A stretch of DNA of 64,000 bases from an uncultured Candidatus Saccharibacteria bacterium (GCA_964627085.1 CAZVIP010000003.1:19689-83688); one strand, 5' to 3'. Counted from the first letter of the stretch, positions 10,706-21,187 are shown. Made by a program: numbers and translations. The notes: generated from the sequence alone by a model not told the origin.

Positions 10706-10863
10706 ACAGCAACATCTGCGCAATTTCAGGAATTCAGCAAATTCATCTTCGCACCTACCTGTCTGCAAAGTTCTAAACAGTTAAACCGAATCAAAACTGT
10801 TTATACTTAAAAAATTTGTTATAATAAAAACAATATTAAGAGCAAGGCAATTAATTTACTTAT

Positions 10864-11388
10864 ATGAACTTTAAAAAGAAACGATCATTTTTGGATAGAC
10901 TAACTGGCCGTGATCAGTACGATGACGAAAATACTGAATTATATGAAGTTGAAGAAGATGAAATTTTGATTGAAAAACCTCGTGAACGTGGCTCAATCAA
11001 AAATAAGGGCATGTTCGAAGAAGAAAATCGATCAAAGTGGATGGAAGAAGAAGTCGATGAAGGCGAACTCTCTATCGATATGTATCAGACAGCAAGCGCG
11101 GTTGTCATCAAGACAATGATCCCTGGTGTCAAAAAAGAAGATCTCGATATTGCCCTCTCGCGTGACTCACTCACAATCAAAGGCAAGAGAATGGAGGACG
11201 GCAGAATCGCTGATCAGGATTATTTCTTCCGTGAATTGTACTGGGGCTCTTTCTCAAGAAAAGTTGACTTACCACATGAAGTAGATATCGAGCAAGCAGA
11301 CGCTGTAGAAAAAGACGGCATGCTCACACTCACCCTCCCACGCATCGATAAAGGCAGACAGACTAAATTGAAGATTAAGTCGGTATAA
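10864..11388 (+). CDS. Hsp20/alpha-crystallin small heat shock protein
   Basis: IDMYQT..., PGVKKEDLDI, ELYWGSFSR, GMLTLTLP. Confidence 0.93.
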   Translation: MNFKKKRSFLDRLTGRDQYDDENTELYEVEEDEILIEKPRERGSIKNKGMFEEENRSKWMEEEVDEGELSIDMYQTASAVVIKTMIPGVKKEDLDIALSRDSLTIKGKRMEDGRIADQDYFFRELYWGSFSRKVDLPHEVDIEQADAVEKDGMLTLTLPRIDKGRQTKLKIKSV

Positions 11389-11452
11389 TTTGCTTTCTAT
11401 TTTATAGCGAGGTCACACCTACATGGCAATCTATCACTAGCAACATACGAAC

Positions 11453-11486
11453 AATGGCCCGCCTGTTTTGCAGGCGGGCCATTTTG
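11453..11486. terminator. Bidirectional terminator
   Basis: AATGGCCCGCCTG-loop-CAGGCGGGCCATT between convergent genes. Confidence 0.8.
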
Positions 11487-11522
11487 TATTTGATTTGTTT
11501 CGATTATTGGTTGTAAGAAACC

Positions 11523-12149
11523 CTATTCCTCGGCCCAGACCGAAAGAAGCGGTGTGATTCTTGCGACTGTTTCGATGATAGGACCTTCGAGTGAGATGTT
11601 TCTGATCTGGCCTGCATAATAAAGACTTGATACCAGATAAGGAAAACCCATCATGATCTCGGCGATGCGTGCCGCTCTTTCCCAAGCATGATTCAATTTT
11701 TCACCCTTGAGGTATTCTGGAACACCACCCTCCGAGCCGTGATACACGTTCGCAGGAAAGACATCGTGATACTGCCCGAAAGGTGGATAAAGCAAAGGTG
11801 AGGACGAATAAACACCAGCTGGAAAGACATCCACTATTGCCCCGTCCCGAAGCTCCAGCCAAGAATGTTCGATGAATCCACCATAATTAATCCTGTGTAT
11901 CGCATCATCATAACCAATGCTGTAATGACTAGACCCTGCAATATATCCATCGACGACAGTGACCTTATCACCAAACATAATCTTAATTGCACGCACCATC
12001 GAGTGACAATTCGGCATGACAACCTCACGTTGCGGGTGTGGCAACCTCTCATGGACATTAACAGCAAACCTTACAACGTTATCCATGAGATCATAGACCA
12101 GTGCATCGTGTGTTGTGACACGGCCTAAGGCTTCAGTTGTTGTATACAT
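11523..12149 (-). CDS. Hypothetical protein, possible transglutaminase/papain-like Cys-His-Asp fold
   Basis: NCHSMVRA...EHSWLEL..GAIVDV pattern; SD-like AAAGGGG upstream. Confidence 0.55.
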   Translation of the reverse strand: MYTTTEALGRVTTHDALVYDLMDNVVRFAVNVHERLPHPQREVVMPNCHSMVRAIKIMFGDKVTVVDGYIAGSSHYSIGYDDAIHRINYGGFIEHSWLELRDGAIVDVFPAGVYSSSPLLYPPFGQYHDVFPANVYHGSEGGVPEYLKGEKLNHAWERAARIAEIMMGFPYLVSSLYYAGQIRNISLEGPIIETVARITPLLSVWAEE

Positions 12150-12356
12150 TCTGTATATCCCCTTTCTATTTAGTTAAATTTTGAACAAAACATGTGTGAA
12201 GAATTCTTTCTCCAACAACATGACCAAAAATACAATACAATATGTATGTAAAAATAGCAATAAACCCCCACCCGCCTGACGGCGAGTAGGGGTTCGATTT
12301 TGTATTATTGTGAGGCAGCGCTATGTGCTTTCCGCACAGACTTGATCAAATCTACT

Positions 12357-13460
12357 TTAACCAAAGAGTGTATTGACGTCTGTGCTCTTCAGTGCAGCAA
12401 ATGCCTCAACGATGCGGTCAGTCATACCAAGCTCGCCTGCCGAAAGAAGCTTCCGTGGGTCGTATTTGCTCTTGTTTGGCTTATCATCGCCCTCAGGGTT
12501 TCCAATTTGGGTCTGGAGATATGCAGTGTTTGCTTCCACATATTTCACAACCTGACGGGTCCATGCGAATTGTGTGTCGGTGTCGATATTCATCTTCACT
12601 ACACCATATTCGATTGCTTCATGAATCTCTTCGAGAGTTGACCCAGATCCACCATGAAAGACGAAATCAATCGGGCGACTATCCAAAGAAATACCAAGCT
12701 CTTCAGCCGCATGCTTTTGACATGCGGCCAGAATTTCTGGTTTCAACTTCACATTACCTGGCTGATACACACCGTGCACGTTGCCAAAAGCCGCTGCGAT
12801 AGTGAAATAGTCATAGCCCGTCTGAGCAAGAGTGTTATAGAGCGCAAAGACGTCTTCAGGACTGGTATATAGCTTGTCTGCTGAAAGACCAGAGTTGTCC
12901 TTGCCGTCTTCTTCACCACCAGTTGGACCAACTTCGACTTCGAGATACTGTTCGTTTCCGTGCAGAATCCGACTCCAGATGTCGGCTGTTTCGAGAATTT
13001 CTTTCAGAGGTTCAGTTGATAGGTCAAGCATGTGGCTTGAAAATGCCATTTGATCACCAGACAACAAGACGATGTCTCGATTACTCCTGTTTGCAAGAAG
13101 CGAAAGTGTCGGAAGATCTACGCGCTCAGCATGATCGGTGTGTAGAATAACTGACACACCGTATGCAAGTGAGAGGTTCCGAACCGTTTCAGCAAGAACT
13201 ATTCCGCCAACTTGGCGCCGACGATGTTTGTCTTCAACAACACCCTTCAGTTGAGGCCCCGCAAAATACTCGAGACCTCCCATTGATACCTGGATAATGA
13301 TTGGCGAATTGACTTTTGCAGCAGCCGCGAGCGCAGCCGTCACACCGGTGCTGTTGACCACATTGATTGCTGGTAATGCGCATTTCACTTTTTTAAGCCC
13401 CTTAAATAAACGCTTAATTTCTGGACCAGTTAGAATCCCTGGCTTGAGTTTTTTATTCAT
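12357..13460 (-). CDS. fbaA: Class II fructose-bisphosphate aldolase
   Basis: ALPAINV, HTDHA, SHMLDLS, GGEEDG, FGNVHG, VFHGGSG, KMNIDTD, YDPRK. Confidence 0.96.
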   Translation of the reverse strand: MNKKLKPGILTGPEIKRLFKGLKKVKCALPAINVVNSTGVTAALAAAAKVNSPIIIQVSMGGLEYFAGPQLKGVVEDKHRRRQVGGIVLAETVRNLSLAYGVSVILHTDHAERVDLPTLSLLANRSNRDIVLLSGDQMAFSSHMLDLSTEPLKEILETADIWSRILHGNEQYLEVEVGPTGGEEDGKDNSGLSADKLYTSPEDVFALYNTLAQTGYDYFTIAAAFGNVHGVYQPGNVKLKPEILAACQKHAAEELGISLDSRPIDFVFHGGSGSTLEEIHEAIEYGVVKMNIDTDTQFAWTRQVVKYVEANTAYLQTQIGNPEGDDKPNKSKYDPRKLLSAGELGMTDRIVEAFAALKSTDVNTLFG

Positions 13461-13695
13461 AACGAACTATTGTTTGGGCATTGCCCGGTTTGTGTTTTGT
13501 CTTTACTTCATTTGCATAGGCAAAGATCAGTAATTTACTGTTTCATCCATAGGTTAGGGTCCCGAGATTACTTTAGACTGCTTGGACAAGCAGAAACTTA
13601 CGTCCTCGGATATTGTACTTATCTATGTTATTTTGTAAACAAAAACCCACCATTTGATTGGCGGGTTTTTGTTTATCTACATTGTTTCTTTTTTG

Positions 13696-13768
13696 TGCCG
13701 AGAGCCGGGCTCGAACCGGCGACCCCATCCTCTTCAGGGATATGCTCTACCAACTGAGCTACCTCGGC
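13696..13768 (-). tRNA. tRNA-Phe(GAA)
   Basis: GCCGAGGTAGCTCAGTTGGTAGAGC...CTGAAGA...GGTTCGAGCCCGGCTCTCGGCA cloverleaf; terminator at ~13637-13673. Confidence 0.96.
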
Positions 13769-13807
13769 AAGTGAGGATATATGGAGATCTCTTTTTACAA
13801 AAAGACT

Positions 13808-14092
13808 CTACTTAATCATACTTCTGAGCAAATCAATTGATGATTCACTCTGCCCTACTCCTGACCCACCAATACTGGTATATGTCTGGAGCAGAACTTC
13901 GAGAAATGGTTGTATATAGTAAAATGCACCGAGAGAAAAGCCGATGATTACAACCCATTTGATAACGCTAATCGCAGACGATAAACGTACACGGCGATAC
14001 ACGCTCTGGATCATTTCATGATCTTTTTCGATGATTTCACGTACTTCTTGAAGTTCCTTTTGAAGGGCTTGGATTTCTTGATCCATGGACAT
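13808..14092 (-). CDS. Small membrane protein (coiled coil plus TM)
   Basis: 94-aa ORF with heptad N-terminus and one hydrophobic segment. Confidence 0.75.
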   Translation of the reverse strand: MSMDQEIQALQKELQEVREIIEKDHEMIQSVYRRVRLSSAISVIKWVVIIGFSLGAFYYIQPFLEVLLQTYTSIGGSGVGQSESSIDLLRSMIK

Positions 14093-14155
14093 ATGCTAGC
14101 ACAAAAAACTAGAGAAATCAAAAACTATACACTTAAAAAATATCCCTATTCCTAG

Positions 14156-14461
14156 CTATTCTTCCTTCTCAACCTCCTCGCCCACCTGACCCTCTACAGT
14201 GGTCAACACTTGGTCCATACTGTGCACATCGCTCCCAAGCCCGCCTACAGCCTTCATAAGAGGTACTGCAAACTGCCCCGCGGCTATGGCATGTCCTTCG
14301 AGAGTGCCATCATTAAGTAATTCATCGAGCCGGGCTTCAAGTGCCGCTGCATCAGCCTCTAGATTGGTCACAGCAGGTGCTTCAACCTGTGTATCAACTT
14401 TCACAGCATCACCCTCTGCTCTTGGCTGACTGATATCTAATTGATTTGGATTTTCACTCAT
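14156..14461 (-). CDS. Acidic hypothetical protein
   Basis: 101-aa ORF co-oriented with neighbours, AT-rich upstream region. Confidence 0.7.
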   Translation of the reverse strand: MSENPNQLDISQPRAEGDAVKVDTQVEAPAVTNLEADAAALEARLDELLNDGTLEGHAIAAGQFAVPLMKAVGGLGSDVHSMDQVLTTVEGQVGEEVEKEE

Positions 14462-14526
14462 GATTGTAATGTAATTATTATTTATATGATCTGTCTCTTT
14501 ATCCCAATTTTTGAGAAAAGAGTTTC

Positions 14527-16455
14527 CTACGCCGCACTCTCAACGTTCTCCTGCGCACTCAGCGCCTGCCTTGAAAGATATGCAAAGACATCATCCGCTA
14601 AAGCATCGAACTGCTTCGGTTTTAACTTTACAGACTTCTGCAATTGTGGATTTGCAAGATAGTAATTTCTGACGAGTGCAGTAAACTGCGCTTTATTTGC
14701 AGTTGTACCAGCCCTTCTATTTGAATCAAGAACAACTTTGCTAAACATATGTTCAGGATATACTTGTATTTTCGTGCCGTGAATTTTATTCCAAGCACTG
14801 GCCCATTCATCAAAACTAAATGCATCCTTTCGTTCATAACCCAGATCTGCATTTTCAATTTCAAGGAAACCATCAGAATTAACGTCACTATCTTCAAATG
14901 ACAAGTCACGCCCCATCATAAATGCCGCTTCAGGTTCAGTTTGTTTACCTGTTACAGCATTTTTTGTCTCAGCAAATGACTCACCTCGCAAGAGACCCTC
15001 TGGTACACCTTCTTCTGCAAAGCCAGTGTATGAGGCTTTTTTGATATCCCATTTCTGTAGTACTGTGCCGACTTTAATTAATTTTGCTTCAGCATCGACA
15101 AGTTGTCCGGCTCGTGCCGTGAGCTCTTTTCTCGATCTCATTATTCTATCCTCAGCCTGCTTAATTTTCTGCTTGAAGGTTTCTTTTAGATATGGATTAT
15201 TGAGTGCATCAGCTTTGATTTTTTCAAGACGTGCAGATTCACCCTGAAGACTGAGTCTCCATTCATGTATCTCGCGACTAAGGGCATCTTTCGTGGATGT
15301 CAATTCCTCAAATTTTTGTTTTTGCGGAGCTGTTCTTTCGTCAACTATTTGTGAAAACTCTTCGGCAATTAATTTTTTCTTATTTTCATGATTCAAAGCC
15401 TGTGCCTCATGAGTTTTTGCTTCGAGTTCTTTTGTATCACGTGCTTCGATTTCTTTTGCTAGTTTTGCCTGGAGTGCCTGATACCTTTTTTGAATATTTA
15501 CCAAATCTTTAGGAGAAATTTCACCCTCATATGCACGCACTTTATCAAGTTCTGCAATCTGTGATTTCACTTCATTTACACGACTTTCTGCTTGGACAAA
15601 TTCACCGCGCGCTTTTTCAAATTTTTTGGCGTGTCTATTAGCAAAAAAACCTTCTTTCATGGTCTTGCCATATGTGAGGATTCTATTTTTTTGAAAGACC
15701 GCAAAACTACCAACACCTTCGGCTGCTTTTTCAAAAGGTTTTGCAACGGCACTAAGAGCTTTCTTTGCTCCAGATTTTAGAGCACCTTCAGCTTCGTCTT
15801 CCTCACCCTCTGCATCATTTGCAACCTTGATTTCAGCAAAAGGTAAATCTGGTTTTGGCATTGATTCACCGTCTCGTGGATGAACCACTCCGAGCAGAGC
15901 ATTTTCGCGCTTGAGGTTCATTTTGATATCACGGTTGAGTTCATCCAAATTTGGCGGAACATACAATTCTGTCGGAACAGCATTATTTCTAGCTCTTTCA
16001 TCTGGATTTATCAATTGTGCAAAAGGACTATTTTCATAACCCGGTGGTGGTGGAGGCATTCGCATCTGTGACGGCTTTGGACTTCTGTCGGCTTGCTGAT
16101 CAGCGATACTCCTAAGCAGCGCTTCCTGATTTGCAATTCTTCGTTTTGTTTCATCTGAACTTGCCTGGCGCTCTCGCTCTTCCTCTTCTTCACTTGCAAT
16201 TCTTTCCCAACTACTTACAAGTGCAGGATCATTTGAACCCGGTAGATTTACTCTTTGTTCAGGACCTCTAGCGTTGCCTATATTTGCCGACCTACTCCTA
16301 AGTTCTACTGTCGGAGCAGCTGAGGGTGTATCTACACTAACCTCCGCATTGGACCTTCTAGGATAAGGTACATCCGGTGCTTTTGGTGCATCAGGTCTTG
16401 TTCTCGTTGCTTCCCCTGGAATAGTAACCGACATTGATTGTGGACCCTCTTTCAT
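14527..16455 (-). CDS. Large coiled-coil protein with Pro-rich disordered N-terminus
   Basis: 642-aa ORF; PPPPP region; long E/K/A heptad region. Confidence 0.8.
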   Translation of the reverse strand: MKEGPQSMSVTIPGEATRTRPDAPKAPDVPYPRRSNAEVSVDTPSAAPTVELRSRSANIGNARGPEQRVNLPGSNDPALVSSWERIASEEEEERERQASSDETKRRIANQEALLRSIADQQADRSPKPSQMRMPPPPPGYENSPFAQLINPDERARNNAVPTELYVPPNLDELNRDIKMNLKRENALLGVVHPRDGESMPKPDLPFAEIKVANDAEGEEDEAEGALKSGAKKALSAVAKPFEKAAEGVGSFAVFQKNRILTYGKTMKEGFFANRHAKKFEKARGEFVQAESRVNEVKSQIAELDKVRAYEGEISPKDLVNIQKRYQALQAKLAKEIEARDTKELEAKTHEAQALNHENKKKLIAEEFSQIVDERTAPQKQKFEELTSTKDALSREIHEWRLSLQGESARLEKIKADALNNPYLKETFKQKIKQAEDRIMRSRKELTARAGQLVDAEAKLIKVGTVLQKWDIKKASYTGFAEEGVPEGLLRGESFAETKNAVTGKQTEPEAAFMMGRDLSFEDSDVNSDGFLEIENADLGYERKDAFSFDEWASAWNKIHGTKIQVYPEHMFSKVVLDSNRRAGTTANKAQFTALVRNYYLANPQLQKSVKLKPKQFDALADDVFAYLSRQALSAQENVESAA

Positions 16456-16537
16456 CTTGATAAGTATTTAAATAATATGTTAATTCAATATAAAAATTAT
16501 AACATATTAAAACCATCGTATCGCATATCTATCAAAT

Positions 16538-17545
16538 CTAGATAGCACGTTTCCATCTCGCAACAATCCCACAAGGGAGCAATCGTTGAGGCAAATCACC
16601 TTGTACTCTCTCTTGAATAAGTAATTCCCCGTTTTCTATTTCACCCCCAAACTTTTGAGCGAGTATACCAAGATTGTTTGCATAGGCCACAGATGAATAA
16701 CCTGATGCATATCCATTGAGAATAAAAAATAACGGTTCAGAAGTAAGTAGTTCATAGCACAATTCGAGAAGCGGAACTAAATCGCGCTCAATTTTCCAGA
16801 CCTCACCTTTTGCACCACGCCCGAATACAGGCGGATCCATAATAATGGCATCATATTTGTTTCCGCGACGGATTTCTTTTTTGACAAAGTTAACCGCATC
16901 TTCAAGCATCCATCTAATTGCATTTTCAGGAAGACCTGTTGCGAGCATATTTTCTTTTGCCCAAGTGATTGCACCACGTGAAGCATCCACATGTGTGACA
17001 TCTGCCCCAGCCTTTGCAGCAACAACACTTGCCCCACCTGTATATCCAAATAAGTTCAAGACTTTTGGTCTTTGGTTTGTTTCATCAGCCATTACCCCAT
17101 TTCCTTTTAGAGCGTTTTTAGCTTTGGTTACTTCTATGCATTTTTTAATCAAATCTTCACTCCATGACCAGTTTGCAAGTTGTTCTGGAAAGATAGCCGT
17201 ATGCTTAAAAGGTGTCAGTCTTGCATACAATTTTATCGAACCAAGAGAAATACAAGCACCGAGAGTCTTGTCGTCTGTGTATTCGAGCTTACCTTTTGCA
17301 GAGTCAGCAACATGCCATTTTCCTCTGTCTTCTCCGTCATTGTCTGCAAATTTTTCCGCGGCTGATCCGGGTGCAGGAGCTTTTTTGAAAGTGGCATCTG
17401 CTTTGTCCCATTCTGCTTGTATGCATCTTTTTTTCCAGATAGCTTGTGGGTCTGGGCGCGCAACAACCACTTTTCCATATCGCTCAAGTTTCATCTCATC
17501 ACCAGAGTCGATGAGTTCGTATTCAGGCTGTGGTTCAATAATCAT
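16538..17545 (-). CDS. Class I SAM-dependent methyltransferase (RlmI/RlmK-like)
   Basis: YELIDSG..KLERYG, FPEQ, VLNLFGYTGG, HVDAS, IIMDPP. Confidence 0.9.
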   Translation of the reverse strand: MIIEPQPEYELIDSGDEMKLERYGKVVVARPDPQAIWKKRCIQAEWDKADATFKKAPAPGSAAEKFADNDGEDRGKWHVADSAKGKLEYTDDKTLGACISLGSIKLYARLTPFKHTAIFPEQLANWSWSEDLIKKCIEVTKAKNALKGNGVMADETNQRPKVLNLFGYTGGASVVAAKAGADVTHVDASRGAITWAKENMLATGLPENAIRWMLEDAVNFVKKEIRRGNKYDAIIMDPPVFGRGAKGEVWKIERDLVPLLELCYELLTSEPLFFILNGYASGYSSVAYANNLGILAQKFGGEIENGELLIQERVQGDLPQRLLPCGIVARWKRAI

Positions 17546-17554
17546 ATAAATATA

Positions 17555-19066
17555 TTACTTCAATTCCTTCATTATGTCTTCCAAATCTTTGTGGCGCACA
17601 TCGATTCCCTGTCCGTTCATCACGAGAAAATAATCCGGTTCGAATTCTTCAATAAATTCATAATCATGAGTGACAAGTAGGATGGAAACCTTTGATTGTT
17701 TACATGCACTCAAAAATATTTCCCAAGTGACTTCATCGAGATTGTTTGTCGGTTCATCGAAAATAATGCATTCCGCTTTTTTTCCAAAGACAAGAGCAAA
17801 ACGTACACGCATACGCTCTCCTCCTGATAGATATTTGATTTTTGTGTCTGCTTTTTGCTTATCAAAACGCATCATACCGAGAACTGCACGCGCCTCAGTC
17901 TCAAGTAAATTCAAATCATGCATAGCAATCTGCATCGGTGTTTGCTCTGGATCAAATTTTGCATGCTGGTCAAAATAACTAAATTTCATTCCTTCAATCC
18001 ATCTCACCTCACCTTCAGTTGGTGCATGCTCTCCAGTTAGACATTTGAGAAATGTTGATTTACCTGAGCCATTTCTTCCCAGGAGAACAATATGCTGACC
18101 AGAACGAATTTCGAAATGAACACCGTGGAGCATGTCACCTTTGGCACCTTCATATCTAAATGCCATATCAGTTGCTCGACAGATAAGCTTGCCATCATGG
18201 CTAATTGAGCCATTTGCGCCCTTGATTTTTATTTTTGATTGCTTGATATCAGGTCTGCCTTCATCTTTGTGCGAGCCTTTTAGCTCGGCAAGTTCTGCTT
18301 TTTTTCTTTGGTATAAAGCGACACCACCACCGCGAAATGCTTTTTTACCCAAAATTCTCACAGCTGCTTCCAGTTGCTTGATTCGTTTGGTCTCCGCATC
18401 GTAACTTCTCTGCATCCCTCCGATTCGCTCAAGCCGCGCATCAATATAATCTTGATAGTCACCCTCTGAGATATGCATTGTACCTCCATGTAATTCCCCA
18501 ATCTTTGAAGCGATAGAGTCTATGATTTTTCTATCATGTGAAATAAAGATAACCCCACCATTATATTCCTGGAGCAAATCAATAAGCGCCACACGACTGA
18601 CGATGTCGATATGGTTTTCAGGTTCATCCAGTAGGATAAAATCTGGATTGAGTGCGAGACCTGTACTTAATACTAAAATCTTCTGCTGTCCTCCGGAGAG
18701 TGCCCCGCACTTTTTTTCCTCAATTCTTGTGACGGAAAGACCAAGTCTTGAGGCGAATTGGTAGACCTTCCCTTTGAGTGCGTCACCGCATTTTTCTTTT
18801 ATATATTCTGATACTGTATGCTGATTAAAATTTGCATCGAATTCCTGAGGGATATATGCTGCGCGAATATGACCCTGATGCTGTACAAGTCCATTCTCAG
18901 GCTCTAGTTGACCAGCGATAATTTTAAGAAGTGTAGATTTTCCGGCACCGTTTTCACCAATAACACAAAGGCGCTCGTCCTGATCGCATTTAATTGAGAC
19001 ATTGGAGAATATGACTCTTTCTCCAACATTGTATGAAATATTTTTAAGTGTAATTGATTTTGACAT
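17555..19066 (-). CDS. ABC-F family ATPase (ribosome-associated)
   Basis: Two NBDs (GENGAGKS/LSGGQ/LDEPENH and GRNGSGKS/LSGGE/FDEPTNN), helical linker, no TM. Confidence 0.92.
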   Translation of the reverse strand: MSKSITLKNISYNVGERVIFSNVSIKCDQDERLCVIGENGAGKSTLLKIIAGQLEPENGLVQHQGHIRAAYIPQEFDANFNQHTVSEYIKEKCGDALKGKVYQFASRLGLSVTRIEEKKCGALSGGQQKILVLSTGLALNPDFILLDEPENHIDIVSRVALIDLLQEYNGGVIFISHDRKIIDSIASKIGELHGGTMHISEGDYQDYIDARLERIGGMQRSYDAETKRIKQLEAAVRILGKKAFRGGGVALYQRKKAELAELKGSHKDEGRPDIKQSKIKIKGANGSISHDGKLICRATDMAFRYEGAKGDMLHGVHFEIRSGQHIVLLGRNGSGKSTFLKCLTGEHAPTEGEVRWIEGMKFSYFDQHAKFDPEQTPMQIAMHDLNLLETEARAVLGMMRFDKQKADTKIKYLSGGERMRVRFALVFGKKAECIIFDEPTNNLDEVTWEIFLSACKQSKVSILLVTHDYEFIEEFEPDYFLVMNGQGIDVRHKDLEDIMKELK

Positions 19067-19316
19067 ATATATGGTGTTTGGCAGAATTTCTCATCTGACC
19101 AAATAATAACTGAGTATACACGAAAATGGCGATTTGTTTACCTTTTATTGTCGCAGGGTTAATCACGGTGTGGCGCTTTGAAGTTATTCACTTTTGGATT
19201 GTGGATATGTGTATTGCTAATTTAGCCATGAAATTAGGCGTTATTTGAGATTATATTTATCAGAATTTAATACTAGTCAAGATAGACTGCGGGTATTAAT
19301 AAATTTTATACTTCAT

Positions 19317-19649
19317 ATGACAATCATCAAAACCATGACAAAAAGAGCTAAGCCAACAGAATATGTTACAAAGTCAGAATTCAAGTCTGCTATGCTAAAT
19401 ATTGATAATAAATTTACTTCCATGGAAGACCGCATCGATAAAATCGATGCAAAATTCGATACCTTCAGAGATGAGTTTTTCGCATATGTCCGTGAAATTA
19501 TGGATGAACAGCGAGCACATTATGAGGAAACACATAAGCGCGAAATCGGTGCTCTGCAGGAACATATTGATCACAAGTTTGTAGTATTGATGGAGCACCC
19601 TGTTTTTACCGATTATCAAAAATCAGCAGAGGCGAGGATGGGTGTATGA
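19317..19649 (+). CDS. Small coiled-coil hypothetical protein
   Basis: EYVTKSEF...IDNKFTSMEDRIDKIDAKFD heptads; ATG 19317 or 19335. Confidence 0.7.
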   Translation: MTIIKTMTKRAKPTEYVTKSEFKSAMLNIDNKFTSMEDRIDKIDAKFDTFRDEFFAYVREIMDEQRAHYEETHKREIGALQEHIDHKFVVLMEHPVFTDYQKSAEARMGV

Positions 19650-19696
19650 GTATAGAGGAGGGTGTGTAAGAGAGTGTGCGACCACAGATGATTTTC

Positions 19697-19985
19697 GACC
19701 CTCAGCAGGAATCTCGCCTTACAGGCGCTGTACAGGTTTCGTATCGTGCTCGCTACGCTCCGCGCGATATACTCAACCTTTTCGATTCCTGCACGCAAAG
19801 CATTCAAATGCTTTGCTCTCGGGCACAAATGAAAAAACGCCTTGCGGCACCCTTAATCTGTGGTCACGAGTGATTTCCTCGTCGACACTCGGAAATTCTC
19901 GCGAAGCCTCACGGCACGAATCTGCTAATCGCCCACCTCGCATGTCTCATCTGCTGATGAGACATGGCTCCGGCCGGCCCCAGTC
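19697..19985. repeat. GC-rich multi-hairpin element ending in a degenerate copy of the tRNA-Arg 3' end
   Basis: GACCCTCAGCAGGAATC (19697-19713) vs tRNA TGCCCTCGGCAGGAATC (20024-20040); hairpins at 19795-19816 and 19941-19966. Confidence 0.6.
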
Positions 19986-20020
19986 GCAAAAAATCCCAAC
20001 ACAGGTTGGGATTTTTTCGC

Positions 20021-20095
20021 TGGTGCCCTCGGCAGGAATCGAACCTACAATTACCCCTTAGGACGGGGCAGTTATATCCATTTAACTACGGGGGC
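20021..20095 (-). tRNA. tRNA-Arg(CCT), CCA encoded
   Basis: GCCCCCGTAGTTAAATGGATATAAC-TGCCCC-GTCCTAA-GGGGT...GGTTCGATTCCTGCCGAGGGCACCA; terminator 19986-20020. Confidence 0.93.
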
Positions 20096-20269
20096 GAATA
20101 TAAATATTGACACCAATCAACTAAGATAATGGCAATCAAGAACAGAAATCAGGTCAAACAATATCCACAAAACAAATCTATCATACATGGGCTCAAATAA
20201 AAATACCTTGTACCGAGCACATGGGTATGTACAGCAGATACAAGGTATTTTTATATCTTTATATCAAAA

Positions 20270-20800
20270 TTATTTTCTTTCGATATTTACAACTTCTACA
20301 TCAAAGATGAGAGTTGCGTTTGGAGGAATAACGACTGCACCTGTTCGTGGATCAGTGATACCCTCTGCACCATAACCATCCTGCGGTGCGATAGTGAGAG
20401 TCTTCTTGTCACCAACTTTTGTGCCAAGGAGCCCCTTGTCCCAACCAGCAATTACCATGCCGGCACCGAGCTGAAATGTGAAAGGTTGGCCTCGTGGAAT
20501 AGAACTATCGAATACCTTGCCGTCAGTTAGCTTACCTGTGTAATTTACAGTGATAACATCACCGTTTTTTGCGACAAGTGCAGCAGCGCCGTTTGCCACA
20601 GCACTGTCTGCTGAATTTCCTGTATTTGTTGTATCCATATTTTGATTATTTTTTGATTCAGATAGATTATTAATATTTGAAACATTCGCTTCGTCTGACA
20701 CACTAGATGAAATCATGTCTGCCCTCTTTGCAGAAATTGTATACAGACCGATTCCGAGAAGCACCAACACCAAGATTGGTACTATATGTTTTTTATCCAT
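20270..20800 (-). CDS. FKBP-type peptidyl-prolyl isomerase, membrane anchored
   Basis: VNYTGKLTDGKVFDSS, VIAGWDKGL, YG, IPPNATLIFDVE. Confidence 0.95.
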   Translation of the reverse strand: MDKKHIVPILVLVLLGIGLYTISAKRADMISSSVSDEANVSNINNLSESKNNQNMDTTNTGNSADSAVANGAAALVAKNGDVITVNYTGKLTDGKVFDSSIPRGQPFTFQLGAGMVIAGWDKGLLGTKVGDKKTLTIAPQDGYGAEGITDPRTGAVVIPPNATLIFDVEVVNIERK

Positions 20801-20858
20801 AATGATATGCAACAATTATATTAATAAATGAGTAACAAAACCCACACTGTACGGATAA

Positions 20859-21131
20859 TTATTTAGATTCAGCCTCAGTATTCGCTGACGCAGAAGCTGG
20901 AGTACTTGCAAGAATACCTGCAATTGTAGATTCATCGAATCCGACAACAACCTGTCCATTGATATCAATTACAGGAACTCCCATTTGACCTGATTTTTCA
21001 ACCATTTCTTTTCGCTTCTCTAAATCTGATGCCACATTGTATTCTTCATAAGAAACATTGTGTTCGTGGAAATAATCTTTTGCCATATTGCAGTACATGC
21101 AAGATGGAGTGCTATAAATTTTTACTGTCAT
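20859..21131 (-). CDS. Glutaredoxin-like protein (NrdH/YruB family)
   Basis: YSTPSCMYC, GQMGVPVI, VGFD. Confidence 0.92.
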   Translation of the reverse strand: MTVKIYSTPSCMYCNMAKDYFHEHNVSYEEYNVASDLEKRKEMVEKSGQMGVPVIDINGQVVVGFDESTIAGILASTPASASANTEAESK

Positions 21132-21187
21132 AATACAGATATTATAACACCAAGATATGAAATTTTTACAAAGAAAAACTCAAATAC

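Noticed and set aside
19642-20061. 139-aa and other short ORFs over the hairpin region
   Set aside because: The longest overlaps tRNA-Arg and its terminator; none has a recognisable protein pattern
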